A stretch of 64,000 bases of DNA from Camelus ferus (taxonomy: Eukaryota), in NCBI RefSeq assembly GCF_009834535.1, contig NC_045697.1, positions 95,048,001 to 95,112,000 of the forward strand, read 5' to 3'. The translations under genes and the position numbers were made by a program. The notes beneath the pieces were generated by a model. The model saw only the letters and a program-made list of their open reading frames with translations. It was not told where the DNA came from and ran no database searches. Shown here piece by piece: positions 41,480 to 53,719 of this stretch. The stretch's first letter is position 1; each line of letters begins with the position of its first letter.

Positions 41480-43115
41480 ATTAACTGGTGTTTTGCCTAC
41501 CTTGTTGATTATTTTCAAAACACCAGACCTTTGATTTATTAATTTGATCTGTTATTCTGTTCTCTACCTCACTAGAGTTTGCTTTTATCTTTATTATCTC
41601 CTTCATTGTATTTTCTTTCAGATTATTTTGCTGTTGCTTCTTCACATTATGATGATGGGGACTAAATTCATTTAAATTATTAGCATTACATTTTTACTAA
41701 TATAGATCTTTTCGACTATGGAATTCCTTTCAATCAGTGTTTAAAATATATGTCATGGATTTTGATAGGTACTATTTTAATTATCAGAATTTTTCTAAAC
41801 TCATGTAATTTCTCTGTATTTTCCTCTTTACTAAAAAATAATTTAATAGAAAGTATTTTAATTTCTGTGTGAAGGAATCTTTCTATTTCAATTTAACTTT
41901 ATTTTCCAGATTGAGTTTTATCCTATTTCTATTATAAAACCTACTGATTTTTTGTGTGTGTACTTTGGACTTTCCATATACACATGAAAATAAAGTATAT
42001 TCTACTAATGGGGTATGTTGTTCAATGAAGTTATCTACGAGATTAACCTTGTTGATTATATTGTCTCTATCTTTTATATTCTTATTTAATTTAAATTTTG
42101 TCTACTTCATTTGTACTATAAATGGTATGTTAATGATATCTAACGTATTTTTTAATTTTACATAAATGGTTTCTGCGTTATTTACTCATATGGACTCAGA
42201 ACGGCTCATTTTCATTGTGAGATGTGTCTTTTAACATTAACTTTTTATCTCTGCTAACGCTTTGTGTCTTGAATTCTACTTTGGTATCAAGACTACAAGG
42301 CCTTTTGCCTCACTGTTTTCCACTGCCTGATAAATATTTGCTCATTACTTTAAGTTTTTTTTTTTTTCCCAAAACTTTTGATTAGAGCGTAAGGTGGAGT
42401 TTGCTTTATGCATAAATTTTAGAATCTGTTTTTTTTTTAATGGATGAGTTACGCTCATTCACATTGATTGACCTGTTTTCTTTACTATCTTACATTGTAA
42501 TTACTGACTACTATATTCATTCTGTATCTTTCTTCATTCAGTAAAATTTCTTAAAATATTTTTCTTTTACCAGTTTGGTACTTTGTATTTTATTTTAGTG
42601 GTTACCTTTGTGTTCATATTTTTAAAGTATTTTCTTACTTAACATTATCCTAAGACTTATGTTAGTTTTATACAGTATCTTTTAACTAGCACCTAGTTAC
42701 ATATCAATCAATAATCTTATTCTTCTTTTCCTTTTTTCTACCTGTTCCCTCCCAATCCCAATTTTTACTTTCATCCTTTCTGCTTTGTCAGAGTCCATAA
42801 TGTTACATGTAATTTTTCAACCCATGAGCCCACCCTTGTGGCAACTGTAGCTCAACAAACATATAAAATGATCAATGTTGTTCTTTTTGCTGAAGTTTTC
42901 AGTCATCTTTTGGCTGGATGAAGTTCATTCTCCATGGGATTCCTCAGAAAGAAGAGATCAATATTCTTCAACATTCTCAACATTCAAAATGGTTTTTATA
43001 TAGCTTTGAGATTAAGGAAAGCTTAGCTGGATGTAAGGTCCTTGCTTTATACATTCTTTTTTAAATTTCTTGAAAATACTGCTTCACTGTTGCCTTGCTT
43101 TGCCTGCCTTTTCTG
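41480..43115 (-). mobile_element. Old L1M ORF2-5'/ORF1 fragments
   Basis: 'tgcttttatctttattatctccttc', 'ttgtgtcttgaattctactttg', 'tattttagtggttacc' and 'gcttagctggatgtaag..cttcactgttg'. Confidence 0.65.
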
Positions 43116-43249
43116 AAAGAATAAGAAGTAAAAATCTTTACTTCTGAATCTCTTTACAGAGAAAGTTTTAGTGTTACTGGTTTTACCTCTCTGTCTTCCT
43201 CTGTCTCAAATTCTGGACTTTTCTTTGTCAATTTCTTCCTTCTACTTTC

Positions 43250-43420
43250 TTAATCTCTCTATACCTTATTTCCCTCACATGTAAAATGAAAGTATAAAAT
43301 TGCATCAGCTTCACTGAGGCAGTGTAATTATAAATGAGATTATGAATTTAAACTGATCTTCAAAATGTCTGTTGTGTGTGTATAAGTCAATACATACTTG
43401 CTATAACTAAAACTATCATT
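43250..43420 (+). mobile_element. MIR fragment
   Basis: 'ccttatttccctcacatgtaaaatg..taaatgagattatg'. Confidence 0.6.
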
Positions 43421-44119
43421 ACACATGTGTATTTAAATAATTAGTATTACTTTTATTTATTCATTATTATTTTTGAAACAACTTTTTATTGATGTATAAT
43501 TGATTTACAATGTTGTGTTAGTTTCAAGTGTATAGTAAAGTGATTCAATTATATATACATGTATAGACACATATAGATAAATTTATATATATTTTCAGAA
43601 TCTTTTCCATTATAGGTTATTACAAGATATAGAATATGGCTCCTTGTGCTATATATCAGGTCGTTGTGGTTTATCTATTTTATATATAGTTGTATTTGTC
43701 TGTTAATCCCAACAGTTTTTTTGTGTGTCAGGGGAAAAAGTCTTTATTGATAAATAGGTTATAGTGAAGTAAGTAGAGTGACTGCTTTTAGGGTAATAAA
43801 AATGTAGAGTCCAGTCTCTCTCCACCCTGCCTCTAGCTCTCAGCTTGTGCCTTCTTATTGACCATTTTGGACGGTGAGGACTTGGTGGGAATGCTAGGCC
43901 TCCTTGGGCCCTTGGGAGCCTCTGCCTTCCTGGCCAATGGTACAGGCTCCATCTTGGACCCACTGCCCTTGAGAAGAGCAGGAGCCTTGACTTTCAGCCC
44001 CTCTCCAGCCCCCTAGGCAGCAGCCTCTTTAGGGACCTTGTTCCCCATCTTATTTTTGGCTGTGGAAGCAGCACCATTCTTACCCTTGGTGACTGCTGGT
44101 TTTGAACTCTGACTCCCAG

Positions 44120-44649
44120 TGTTGCGGGAAAATGTGTTACAGCTCAGTGTTACAGCTCAGTTGTGACAGCAACCTGGATCCAGGTAAGAGACCAAGCAGC
44201 ACTCGGAGAGTTGGAGAACTCAGGTTTATTACACCAGCTAGCCCAGAGAAGTTAACACTTCAAATTCTGGACCCTGTCTGTAGGTTTACACAGGCCTTTT
44301 ATAGGCTGCCAGTTTTACACTTTGCAACATCATATGCAAATAAAATACAACAAAAGTTGACCAACCAGGAACAAGCTTTGTAGAAATAGACCAATCAGGA
44401 GTGAGGCTCCATGCAAATGAAGTACTACAAATGGACCAATCAGAAGTTAGGGAAGTGGACCAATCAGAAGTGAGAGTAATAACCAATCAGAAGTGAGCTC
44501 AGGGAACCAATAGAATTCTAGGTGTAAGTTAGCTGCTTTAGAGGCAAAAAGTGAGATAAAGCCTCTGGGCCAGGGAACCGGATGGTGCTGGGAGGAGAGC
44601 AGTGGCCCTGCCTAGGGGTCCTGCCAGTCTTATGGGGCTTCCTGCCTCA
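44120..44649 (-). mobile_element. 530-bp ERV1-type solo LTR inserted in the H1FOO retrocopy
   Basis: TG...CA termini and a perfect 4-bp TSD CCAG (44116-44119 and 44650-44653). On the minus strand: TATAAAA at 44297-44303, then AATAAA at 44225-44230. A 13-bp tandem gtgttacagctca lies at 44134-44159. Confidence 0.93.
44297..44511 (-). promoter_or_regulatory. LTR U3 promoter motifs: TATA box, two octamers, five CCAAT boxes
   Basis: ATGCAAAT at 44334-44341 and 44411-44418; CCAAT at 44391, 44436, 44460, 44483 and 44507; TATA at 44297-44303. Motifs only, activity unknown. Confidence 0.6.
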
Positions 44650-45141
44650 CCAGCTTTTGTTTCCTTTGGACTTAAGAATCTCGGCTGCTCCTTCTACCTT
44701 TGACTTCCCACAGGCCCACTGGCACTGGAAGGGGTCTTCGTGTCCTTGTTCAGCTGTTGAGAGGACTTCCTGGCTTCATCCACTCTTGCCTCTTGGTCCT
44801 AGGTCTTGTTGCCTTTCTTGGGGGCCTTCTTCACTGCACCTGGTTTTGGGGAGTTATTCTTCCCTCTCCTGGGTTCCTGGATCCTTTGTTCACTGCACCT
44901 GGGTTGGGAAAATCCACTTTGGGAACCACAAGTTTATTGTCTATGTCTGTGAGTCTATTTCAGTTTTGTATAGAAGTTCATTTGCATCATTTTTTTAGCT
45001 TTCACATATAAGTTATATCATATGACATTTGTCTTTCTCTGTCTGACTTACTTCACTTAGTATGATAATCTCTAGGTGCATTCTTGTTGCTGCAAATGGC
45101 ATTATTTCATCCGTTTCTTTATAGTTGAGTAATATTCCATT

Positions 45142-45187
45142 GTGTGTGTGTGTGTGTGTATGTGTGTGTGTGTGTATGTGTATGTAT
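45142..45187. repeat. Interrupted (TG)n microsatellite within L1
   Basis: Read directly from the sequence. Confidence 0.93.
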
Positions 45188-48100
45188 ATCACATTTTCTT
45201 TATCCATTCATCTATCCATAGATATTTAGGTTGCTTCTAAGTCTTAATTATTGTAAATAGTGCTGTTATGAACATCGGAGTGCATGTATCTTTTCAAATT
45301 AGAGTTTTCATCTTTTCTGGATATATGCCCAGGAGTGGGATTGCTGTATCATAAGAAAACTCTACTTTTAGTTTTTTAAGGGACCTTCATACTGTTCTCT
45401 ATAGTGGCTGCACCAATTTACATTCCCACCAATAGTGTACAAGGGTTCCCATTTCTCCACACCCTCTCCAGCATTTATTATTTGTAGACTGTTTGATGAT
45501 GGCCATTCTGGCTGGTGTGAGGTGATACCTCATTGTAGTTTTGATTTGCATTTCTCTAATAATTAGGTAATGTTGTGTGTATTTTCATATGCTTGTTGAC
45601 CATCATATGTTTTATTTGTAAAAATATCTATTTAGGTCTTTTGCCCATTTTTTGATTGGGATGTTTGTTTTTTGGATATTGAACTGTATGAGTTTGTATA
45701 TTTTGGAAATTAATCCTTTGTCAGTCACATTATTTGCAAATATTTTCTGCCATTCTGTAGGTTGTCTTTTTGTTTTGTTTATGGTTTCCTTTATTGTGCA
45801 AAAGCTTTTGAGTTTTGTTAGGTCCCATTTGTTTATTTTTGCTTTTATTTTCATTACTCTAGGAGACAGATCCAAAAAAATATTGCTGCAATTTATGTCA
45901 AAGTGTGTTCTGCCTATATTTTACTCTAGGAATTTTATAGTGTCCCATCTTACATTTAGGTCTTTAATACATTTTGAATTTATTTTTGTATACGGTGTTA
46001 GAGAATGTTCTAATTTTATTCTTTCACATGTAGCTGTCCAGTGTTCCCAGCACAACTTATTGAAGCCACTGTCTTTTCTCCATTATATTTTCTTGGCTCC
46101 TTTGTCATAGATTACCTGACCATAAGTATGCGGGTTTATTTCTAGTCTGTTATTCTATTCCATTGAGCTACATGTCTGTTTTTGTACAAGTACCAAACTA
46201 CTTTGATTACTGTAGCTTTATAGTAGAGTCTGAAGGCAGGGAGCATGATTCCTCCAGCACTGATTTGCTTTCACAAGATTGCTTTGGCTATTCGAGGTCT
46301 TTTGTATTTCTATACAAATTAAAATTTTTTTGTCCTAGTTCTGTGAAAAATACCATTGGTATTTTGATAATTTGATAACTATTTTAATAATTATATCATT
46401 ACACATATATATTAAACTTCTAAGAATAACTTATTAAGAATTACAACCTATAATTAAAAGCATATAGCTGAGCATTTTAATTAGCTTCCTATTAGATTTA
46501 ACAACATGCCTTTTTAAATTAGGAAAATTCAAGTAAGAAAAAATTCCATATTTTAGAATCAAAAACTAACACTGTGGTCTAACAGAAGGTGAACCATTTG
46601 GTGTTTAAGAGCATAGGTTTTATTTTATAGTATAATAATTGTCATGATGAAATAGCAAAGAAATCTAAAGTTGGAAAAGATGATTCTAATTACAAAGCTG
46701 TAGTATCTACTGTCATTTACTAGATCATAAATTTAGTTTAAACATCTTGATCATTTTAGTTGTGAAACAGGATAAAAAGAAAATAATTATTTTTAACCCT
46801 GAGATCTATATGTACCTGGGAATAAACTATTTTATATATGTCTAGTGAATGCATTTCCATTATTCTTTAAGTGTATGTTAAAAAATGATGTACTTATGAG
46901 CAAACCTTTTTACAGTAATTTAATAAAATCATTTTAGATTTATTCCTTTAATCTAAATTGGTTGAAAACTATCATATAGGCAGTATTCATAGCAGTACTT
47001 ACTGGTTTCTCAATTGGAGGATTTACCTACCTAAATTATTTTAGTTGATAAATTATAAAATACAACCTTAAAATAAAATAAAAAGTGTTCATTGTGCATC
47101 TGTGTTCAGACTTGTGCTTTGTTCTAGAATAATTTGCAGTCTACTTGGTAAAAGTCATATATTTGTGCAGGTACTTACATATCTATGTAGGCAGTATGTC
47201 CTCAGGTTCAAAATTAAAGTAATGACAAATGTATACAGCAACTCATTTTCCTGTACTGTGGTTATGTAATAGTGAAATAAACACAACTATCCCACTGCCT
47301 GAACAACTAAAGTTTTTACTGTTATAGCATTTTATTAGATACAAAGCACATAAAAAACAAGATAGTAAATATTTAAATAAAAATTTATTACCTTTAAAAT
47401 TTATGTAGTTGAATTTAATTTATAAGTCTAGGAGTTAGGAAAGCTGCTGATTTCATTTCCATATTTCAAATCTAGAGAAACTGTATTTAAAGAAGGTTGG
47501 GGAACTGGCTAAATTTCTTGAACACCTGTGATCTATAGACGAAAAAATAGACTTAGTCTTTACATGGTAAATTTTAATGTATTAAGAGGAGATAAATGCA
47601 AATGGATCTAAGTCACTTTAGATAGCTAAACAGCTGCTTTTGTTGGATGGAACAAAAGGTATAAAAGGTACTTATTTAAGCTCATGCTAATTTGATTGAC
47701 TTCTTACATTTTTTCCTCCTACCAGTTTTAACTCTTGCTTATCTACTGTCTTTATGATTTAACACGTTTTCTGTAATAACACTCATTCATACTTCCATTT
47801 AAGTAGCAAATTGTCTTGAATTACTCATTAACAATTCAGCAGCCCTTGAAATAGACACTGAGTCTTTCAGGTGGTGTTTTATAGATGGTTATTATAGGAG
47901 CCAGTGCTGCTGTTAATCAGGTTTTTTTTTTCTTCTTGTTTTTCCAAATTTTATTCTATTTCATTTTTCTTCACATAGAAATATTAAATTTCATTTGTAC
48001 AGGATTAAAAATATAAACATTACATTTAATTGAAGTGGTGATGATAAAAATACATCAAAGTTTCCTTCCTTCTTAACTAGATTAACTGCAATTTATACAA

Positions 48101-48750
48101 ACTCTGAGAAAAAATCCCAAGCCAGGTACAGCCTTGAGGGCAAGAACATAGCTGATATAACTACTACTCTGAATGACAAAATTCTGTGGGGACAGTTGTG
48201 TTCTTTTCTGCCTAGTATCATTTCATAAAAGAGTAAAGGGAGATTCGTTCATTGATGGGGGAGGCAGCCACTGACAGACATGGAATCTTAAAACAGCATA
48301 TTAAAGCGACTGACCCTTTCTTTCCCCATAACTACTTCAAACTGTCTCTATTCTCTTTAAACCTCCCCCATTGCTAATTTTCTATCTCTACGCTGCCCAT
48401 CGCTTGCTGTCTAGCACAAAGGGAAAATAAATGCCACCAAAAGGCATTTTCTTTGCTCTTTTTTTGTCACCTTGAGAAAATCTGAGTAACATACTTTCCC
48501 TGGGTGAAGTTTATATTTCTGATAATCAGGAAATCCAATACTATGAAGTTCCAGTGTTACTCCTTTTTACTCAGGAAACCTCTAGGTAATTACTTACTTC
48601 TTACTTCTGTCCATGTGTACAAACCTGAGTATGCAAACACACACATAGACACTCGCACACATGCACACACATGCAGGTAGATCTTTCAAATGCAGAGTAA
48701 GCTCATTTCAAAGATCAGCTGATATTTTATACAATTTATGGATTCATGGT

Positions 48751-49175
48751 TGTAATAAAGAGTCTGACTTTACTGTTGATGTCTGATCACTGGGAGTTTT
48801 CAGGTCCCACACCTCCCACTTCCTCTCTTGCTCCATATTTGGGTAAAGGGATGAAAAAGCTTGCATAGTCCCTGCCCTTGCACTAGTGGGAAGTTCACAC
48901 CCCATGTACAAAGCACATCCCTGTCAGTGCACTGCCACACTCCCCTGCCCCGTTTACTCCAGCCCCTCCTCCTAACCACAGCAAAATCAGAGCCACTTCA
49001 CCCCTCCCTTTGCTCAAGCCCTTTTGGCTCCAACTTAGGAGCCTGCCCTACCCTCTCCAAGAAGTCTCATGTGTGTGATAAATTCTTACATAGCTTGTTG
49101 GGTATGTGTGTTATCAGTCATCTCCCTAAAAAAATTTTTTTAGTCTGTCCTAGAGGACACATTCTGAATGCTACT
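48751..49175 (+). mobile_element. ERVL-type solo LTR (family uncertain)
   Basis: Starts 'tgtaataaagagtctgact'; contains 'gggaagttca', 'cctaaccacagcaaaa' and 'ctcaagccc..ggagcctgccctaccctctccaagaagtctcat'. C-rich block distinct from its flanks. Confidence 0.7.
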
Positions 49176-49300
49176 GTAAACTTACTTAAAAGGTTAGCAT
49201 AGAGATGAAATGTTTGTTTTCACTGATAATACAAATAATTCTGAGGGGGAAATATTTTGGTAAAAGTGATACTTCTACAGAATTAAAAACCTATGGAGTA

Positions 49301-49656
49301 TGTATTAATCAGGGTTTTCCAAAGGAAGGGAATCAGTAGGATGTGTGTGTATTTCATCTATGTAGAGATTTATCGTAAAGACTTGTCTCCTAAAATGATG
49401 GTGACTGGCAGTTCCAGATCTGCAGTGTGGGCTGCAGGATAGAGACCCAGAGGAAACAGTGGTGAGAATGAAGGCTGAAGGCGTCTATTGGAGAACTTTC
49501 TCTTGCTTGTCTTCTTGTTCTCTGTAGATCTTCAGTTAATCAGATGAGGCCCACCCACATTACAGAGGGCAATCCACTTAACCCAATATTCACCCATTTA
49601 AATATTAATCTCATTCAAAAGTACTCTCAAGTTCACACATAACATCAACTATCACG
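49301..49656 (-). mobile_element. MLT2-type (ERVL) solo LTR
   Basis: 'tgtattaatcagggttttcca', 'gatgaggcccacccacatta..gagggcaatc', 'ttaaatattaatctcat', end 'actatcacg' (CA mutated to CG). Perfect 5-bp TSD GAGTA at 49296-49300 and 49657-49661. Confidence 0.92.
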
Positions 49657-52600
49657 GAGTAGAAATATTAGCATTATTGGTAGTGCATATACAATTTATA
49701 ATTGTTTCACCAAAAGCTATGATATGCTACTAATTGGCATAAATATGGCATAATTATATAAAGTGTATATATGTACATATATATATTACATAATATATGT
49801 GTGTGTGTATGTGATAACTATAGTAACTGACAAAATTTATGGAACAGTTGTTGGAAAACTGATACTTCAACCTAGAATACTGGATTTTTCTCTTCATTTC
49901 TGATAATCAATATGCCTTCAGAAATATTTGAGTCATTGAAGGTTGTCTTATAAATTACCCTGTGTATTCCACAATAATATTTATAGTTTAAATAAGTGAA
50001 TGCATTAAATTTTGTTTGTATTTGTTCAAAAACAACCTGAAATCTTTAGTCAAAATATCTTATAGATAAAATGGTTAAAAAAATTTTTTTGAAGATTATA
50101 GTGAACTGCAAATTTTTTAAGTTTGCAAATAAAGATCTCTTTCATGACCCCACATGCTGAACCTAGCACCCTTTGGCCCACGATGTCCTTCATACTTGTT
50201 CTGTACCTCACTTGCAGGAACTGAAAAATTAGATGGTGACTACTCAAACACTGTATGAAGGTACAGATTATGTAATTGAAATTTTAAATATCCAACTATG
50301 GAAAACTCTTCAAAGAAATTTCAATTTTTAACTGGATAAATATATTCTCTACTGAAGGGAAACCAAATGGCAAAGGCAAAATCCTGCAGCATAAAAACTT
50401 GGTCAACTGTTCATGAATTTTGTCTTGAAAAATGTTGGTGGAAATTGGTTATTCAGAATGGTGACATTAAACTAATACCTATGAAATTATCTTTTGAAGA
50501 TATCAGTAATCTCACATTTATTAACCACAAAAAGCCACAATGATAAATATTAAAAATTAAAGGTAATAATATACTGTTGAAATATTTTTCTGAGGAATAG
50601 CAATACATGAATACTGGGAATATACATAGCAGGACTTTTACTTTCTAAGCTAGATATATGTTTTAAAATTATATATTATTTTTTGAAAACATTCATAGGA
50701 CCAGCAAATAGATTTTTCTAGGTAGTTGGGCCCTATAGAATAGTTCTAATTAAAGCTGTTTTCAAAAGTAAAATCCTTTATAAGGAAAACAAATGACATA
50801 TATGTTCTCATTTTTTGCTTTCTTAACTGTCACTCATCATAAGCCTCACTTCCAAGAGCTTATCAGTGCCCTGTGAGCTCTTCCCTGATCCCACAAGCTG
50901 GGTCAAGCACTCTCCAGGCCTGTTCTCCTGCTCTTTACCAGACTGCAGAGAAATGATCACTCTACTGTTTCTCACTTCACTATAGCAGGAAGCATTCAAA
51001 TTCAAACACGCAAATTTGCAACACTTCAAGTCATATTGTAGGCATTCGATATGCACTTTCTACTTAGCTAAGTGTAATTTTGTTTTATGGGAATATGAGT
51101 GGTGGATATGAATATGGCCAAGATGACAAAGGGAAAATTCTAGCATTTTAAAGTATGTTCCTGAGGAAAACAATCTGTTTCTGGTGTATGTCATTGAAGG
51201 TATATAATGAATAATAAACAACTTAATTGGCATTAAGGTTATCCAAATATAGTCCATCCCCATTGCTGTTGATGAGGGAAGGTCATCATTTGTCCTGCAT
51301 AAAGACCACTGAATATCCACAGTGAGCCCACGATTTTCTCTTATTACCATTTCCAGTGTCCTTCCCATCCTCTACAGGGTCCAAGCTTCATGCCCTGCTC
51401 CAGTGCTTATCCAGTCCAGGCACTGGCAAACTCCCTCCTGTTGATTACACCAGCAGATTGTGGGTAACAGCAGCAGTGGACACACAACTACAATTGCTGG
51501 ATTTTCCTTGCAAGCTGTAACTGAATCCTAAAAGCTTAAATTCGTATATTTCACAAAATGTTAATGTCTCCATAATATTCTATTATGTGATCCTCAACTG
51601 TCATTCCAACAAGACTGATCATTTGTTTCCAGGAACATTAAATGTAGTATTTACATTCCATCAGTGTCCATCATGTCAGAGACACAGGCATGAGAAAAGT
51701 GTGTTCATTATAGCGAAAAATTATTTCAATTGACTGAAATAGCAATTTTAGTTTATTTGGACATCGTCTATATTAAGCCAGTTTAAACATGCAATGATCT
51801 TATAGGTCAAAGTACTTTGCAAATTAAAAGGAAACATCATGAACCACAATTTAGATTAATAACATTTCGAAATTGTGCTATTGGATATAGTTTTTGAGAA
51901 AATTTATTATAAGCTTGTTCCTACTAGAAAATAATTTAGAGGTCCAGAGAAAAGAGAATTAATAACATATTTATGAATGAATGATAACCACTATATGTGT
52001 AAATATGTGTGCATACATTAATAGGTTACACATTGGAAAATATGGATTGAAGGTTTGTAATTTAAAGAATCATGCATCATAAATCAGATGCATCAAGGAT
52101 TATAATTTAGTTCTGTGTCTAACAGTGAACTCAGAACATAGACCATTGACTATTATTTCTTTAGTTTGCTGAATTAAACTATTATTTAAGATGGTTACCA
52201 AAGATATAGGATCTCTTCTAAAACATATCATATTCACCCAAACCTGTGAAAAGCTAGCTTTATCATTCCACTGGGTATGATGAAACATGCACAGGTGGCA
52301 AATTGTCTTTTTTTAAAAACTGGAATTTACAAAAAAGCATTTTAAATTTTAGAGACCCCAGCTGAATTGATTTATAATCCACTATGGCCTAAATAATAAT
52401 TTGATTGTAGTATGCCAAAGAATATACTATGATATATAATTGAGCCTCAAATAGTAGAAGTTACTCCATTTGTAATACATTTAAAGAATAGAATAACTAT
52501 AATGTTTGAGGGATATTTCCTCCAAACAGCAAATCTTTAGTTTACCCACCTATAAATATGTTCTGAATATTAGTTCTCTAACACCAGTATAGAACTCAGT

Positions 52601-52714
52601 AAGAATACAAATGGGATAGAATTAGATAATTTTACTGGCAAATATTTACATGAATATATAATATACAAAGTCTTTAATAATTCCATAGATAAACATGAGG
52701 CATTTAAAATATCT

Positions 52715-52910
52715 ATTATGTATTTATTGCTTTCTATGTATGCAACTTGCATTAACAAATTTAATATATGTATTATCTCTTTTAATCTTTGTAGCAATCA
52801 TACTAGGTAGAGATTATTATTGAATAGATGCAAATGCTTAAGTGTTGAAGCTGGCATTCAAACATGTATTTGTGTGATTTGAAATTCATTCTGTTAACCT
52901 CTGTGACACA
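52715..52910 (-). mobile_element. MIR
   Basis: 'tatttattg..tattatctcttttaatct..aggtagagattattat..gaagctggcattcaaac..tgttaacc'. Confidence 0.65.
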
Positions 52911-53719
52911 ATACCCTACCTCAGAATTCCTGCCCCTCTGGAGGATGTTACTAGAATATGAAGCTAGTTAATAATCAAATCTGTTTTGAATTTAGTATTA
53001 TTTATAATTAAGAATTCAATTTGAAGTTGATATCAGTTTATTTCTTCTTAGATCAAATAACATTAACATTTGTGAATTTGTGAAATTAAATCTCTCATTA
53101 CTGGGTGTTTTATGTTGAATAAGTATTTCTGGCAGGTAATCACTCATTTAATTTTCAAAGTAATTGATTTTGATAGCTGATCACTTATACACATGCATGA
53201 AATTTCTTATTTGCAAATTGAACGCGGGGGTAAAAATATTTTACACCATATACAATAGCTTGTCTCTCCATGACTTCCCTAAACCTGTGAATATAGTTAC
53301 TAGTTTTAAATAGTACAATATAGACTGCCATTTTGTTAGTTATGTTAGAGACACTAGTTTCCCATGTCAAAACCTAAGGGGTCTTAAGAACTATGTCAGT
53401 GAAAAAGGCCACCTATAAAATAAGAGCAATCTGTAAATAAAGAAATGTAATTGTGTTTTTTCACAAACACTATTTGAATTGCTGGAATAGAAAAATATGA
53501 TGATAGAAGATGTTGGGAAACTAAAAAACAGGGCAAATTCCTACATCCTCAAATTTAGGAAAGAGCAATCAGCAAAAAGAGATCTTATTCATAATTGAGT
53601 TCACAATATTCAGTACATAAAGTAAAATTCAAAAATCTATTTTTCCTATTTTAAATTGTAAAATGGGATGCATATTCTTACAAAAATCACAAAATTACTG
53701 AGATAAAAATATCTCTCAT

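Larger units (their letters stand above)
43716..44915 (-). pseudogene. H1-8: Processed pseudogene (5'-truncated retrocopy) of oocyte-specific linker histone H1FOO/H1-8, C-terminal tail plus 3'UTR, split by an LTR
   Basis: With the LTR removed, the minus strand translates (across frameshifts) to DFPNPGAVNKGSRNPGE../PKPGAVKKAPKKGNKT*DQEARVDEARKSSQQLNKDTKTPSSASGP/GKSKVE../ETKAGSQSSKPAVTKGKNGAASTAKNKMGNKVPKEAAA*GAGEGLKVKAPALLKGSGSKMEPVPLARKAEAPKGPRRPSIPTKSSPSKMVNKKAQAES*. This matches my recollection of the mammalian H1FOO C-terminus. Terminal TAG at 43833-43835, AATAAA at 43743-43748, A7 remnant at 43716-43722, premature stops at 44013-44015 and 44799-44801. Confidence 0.9.
43452..46370 (-). mobile_element. 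Young 5'-truncated L1; L1 parts are 43452-43713 and ~44917-46370, interrupted by the H1FOO retrocopy
   Basis: ORF track peptides MDLSPRVMKIKAKINKWDLTKLKSFCTIKETINK... and IMPFAATRMHLEIIILSEVSQTEKDK are ORF2 C-terminal sequence. The 3'UTR is collinear either side of the insert ('ttaatcccaac' ... 'tttgggaaccacaagttt'). Confidence 0.95.

Noticed and set aside
43703..43963. 86-aa minus-strand ORF MGPRWSLYHW...
   Set aside because: An alternative frame of the H1FOO retrocopy running into its 3'UTR, with a non-ATG start.
44385..44512. Regularly spaced 'accaatcag' repeats, superficially array-like
   Set aside because: Short ~24-bp LTR U3 enhancer repeats in a mammalian genome. No CRISPR repeat/spacer structure and no cas genes.
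43704..44917. aatcccaac / aatccac as a TSD of the H1FOO retrocopy
   Set aside because: Imperfect, and the right-hand copy is better explained as H1FOO codons (D-F-P-N, corresponding to D-P-P-N).
44582..45011. 138-aa and 103-aa plus-strand ORFs
   Set aside because: Antisense frames running across the LTR, H1FOO retrocopy and L1, with no recognisable protein.
45652..46110. 152-aa and 143-aa (25915-26346) hydrophobic plus-strand ORFs resembling membrane proteins
   Set aside because: Antisense readings of A-rich L1 ORF2, a well-known artefact.
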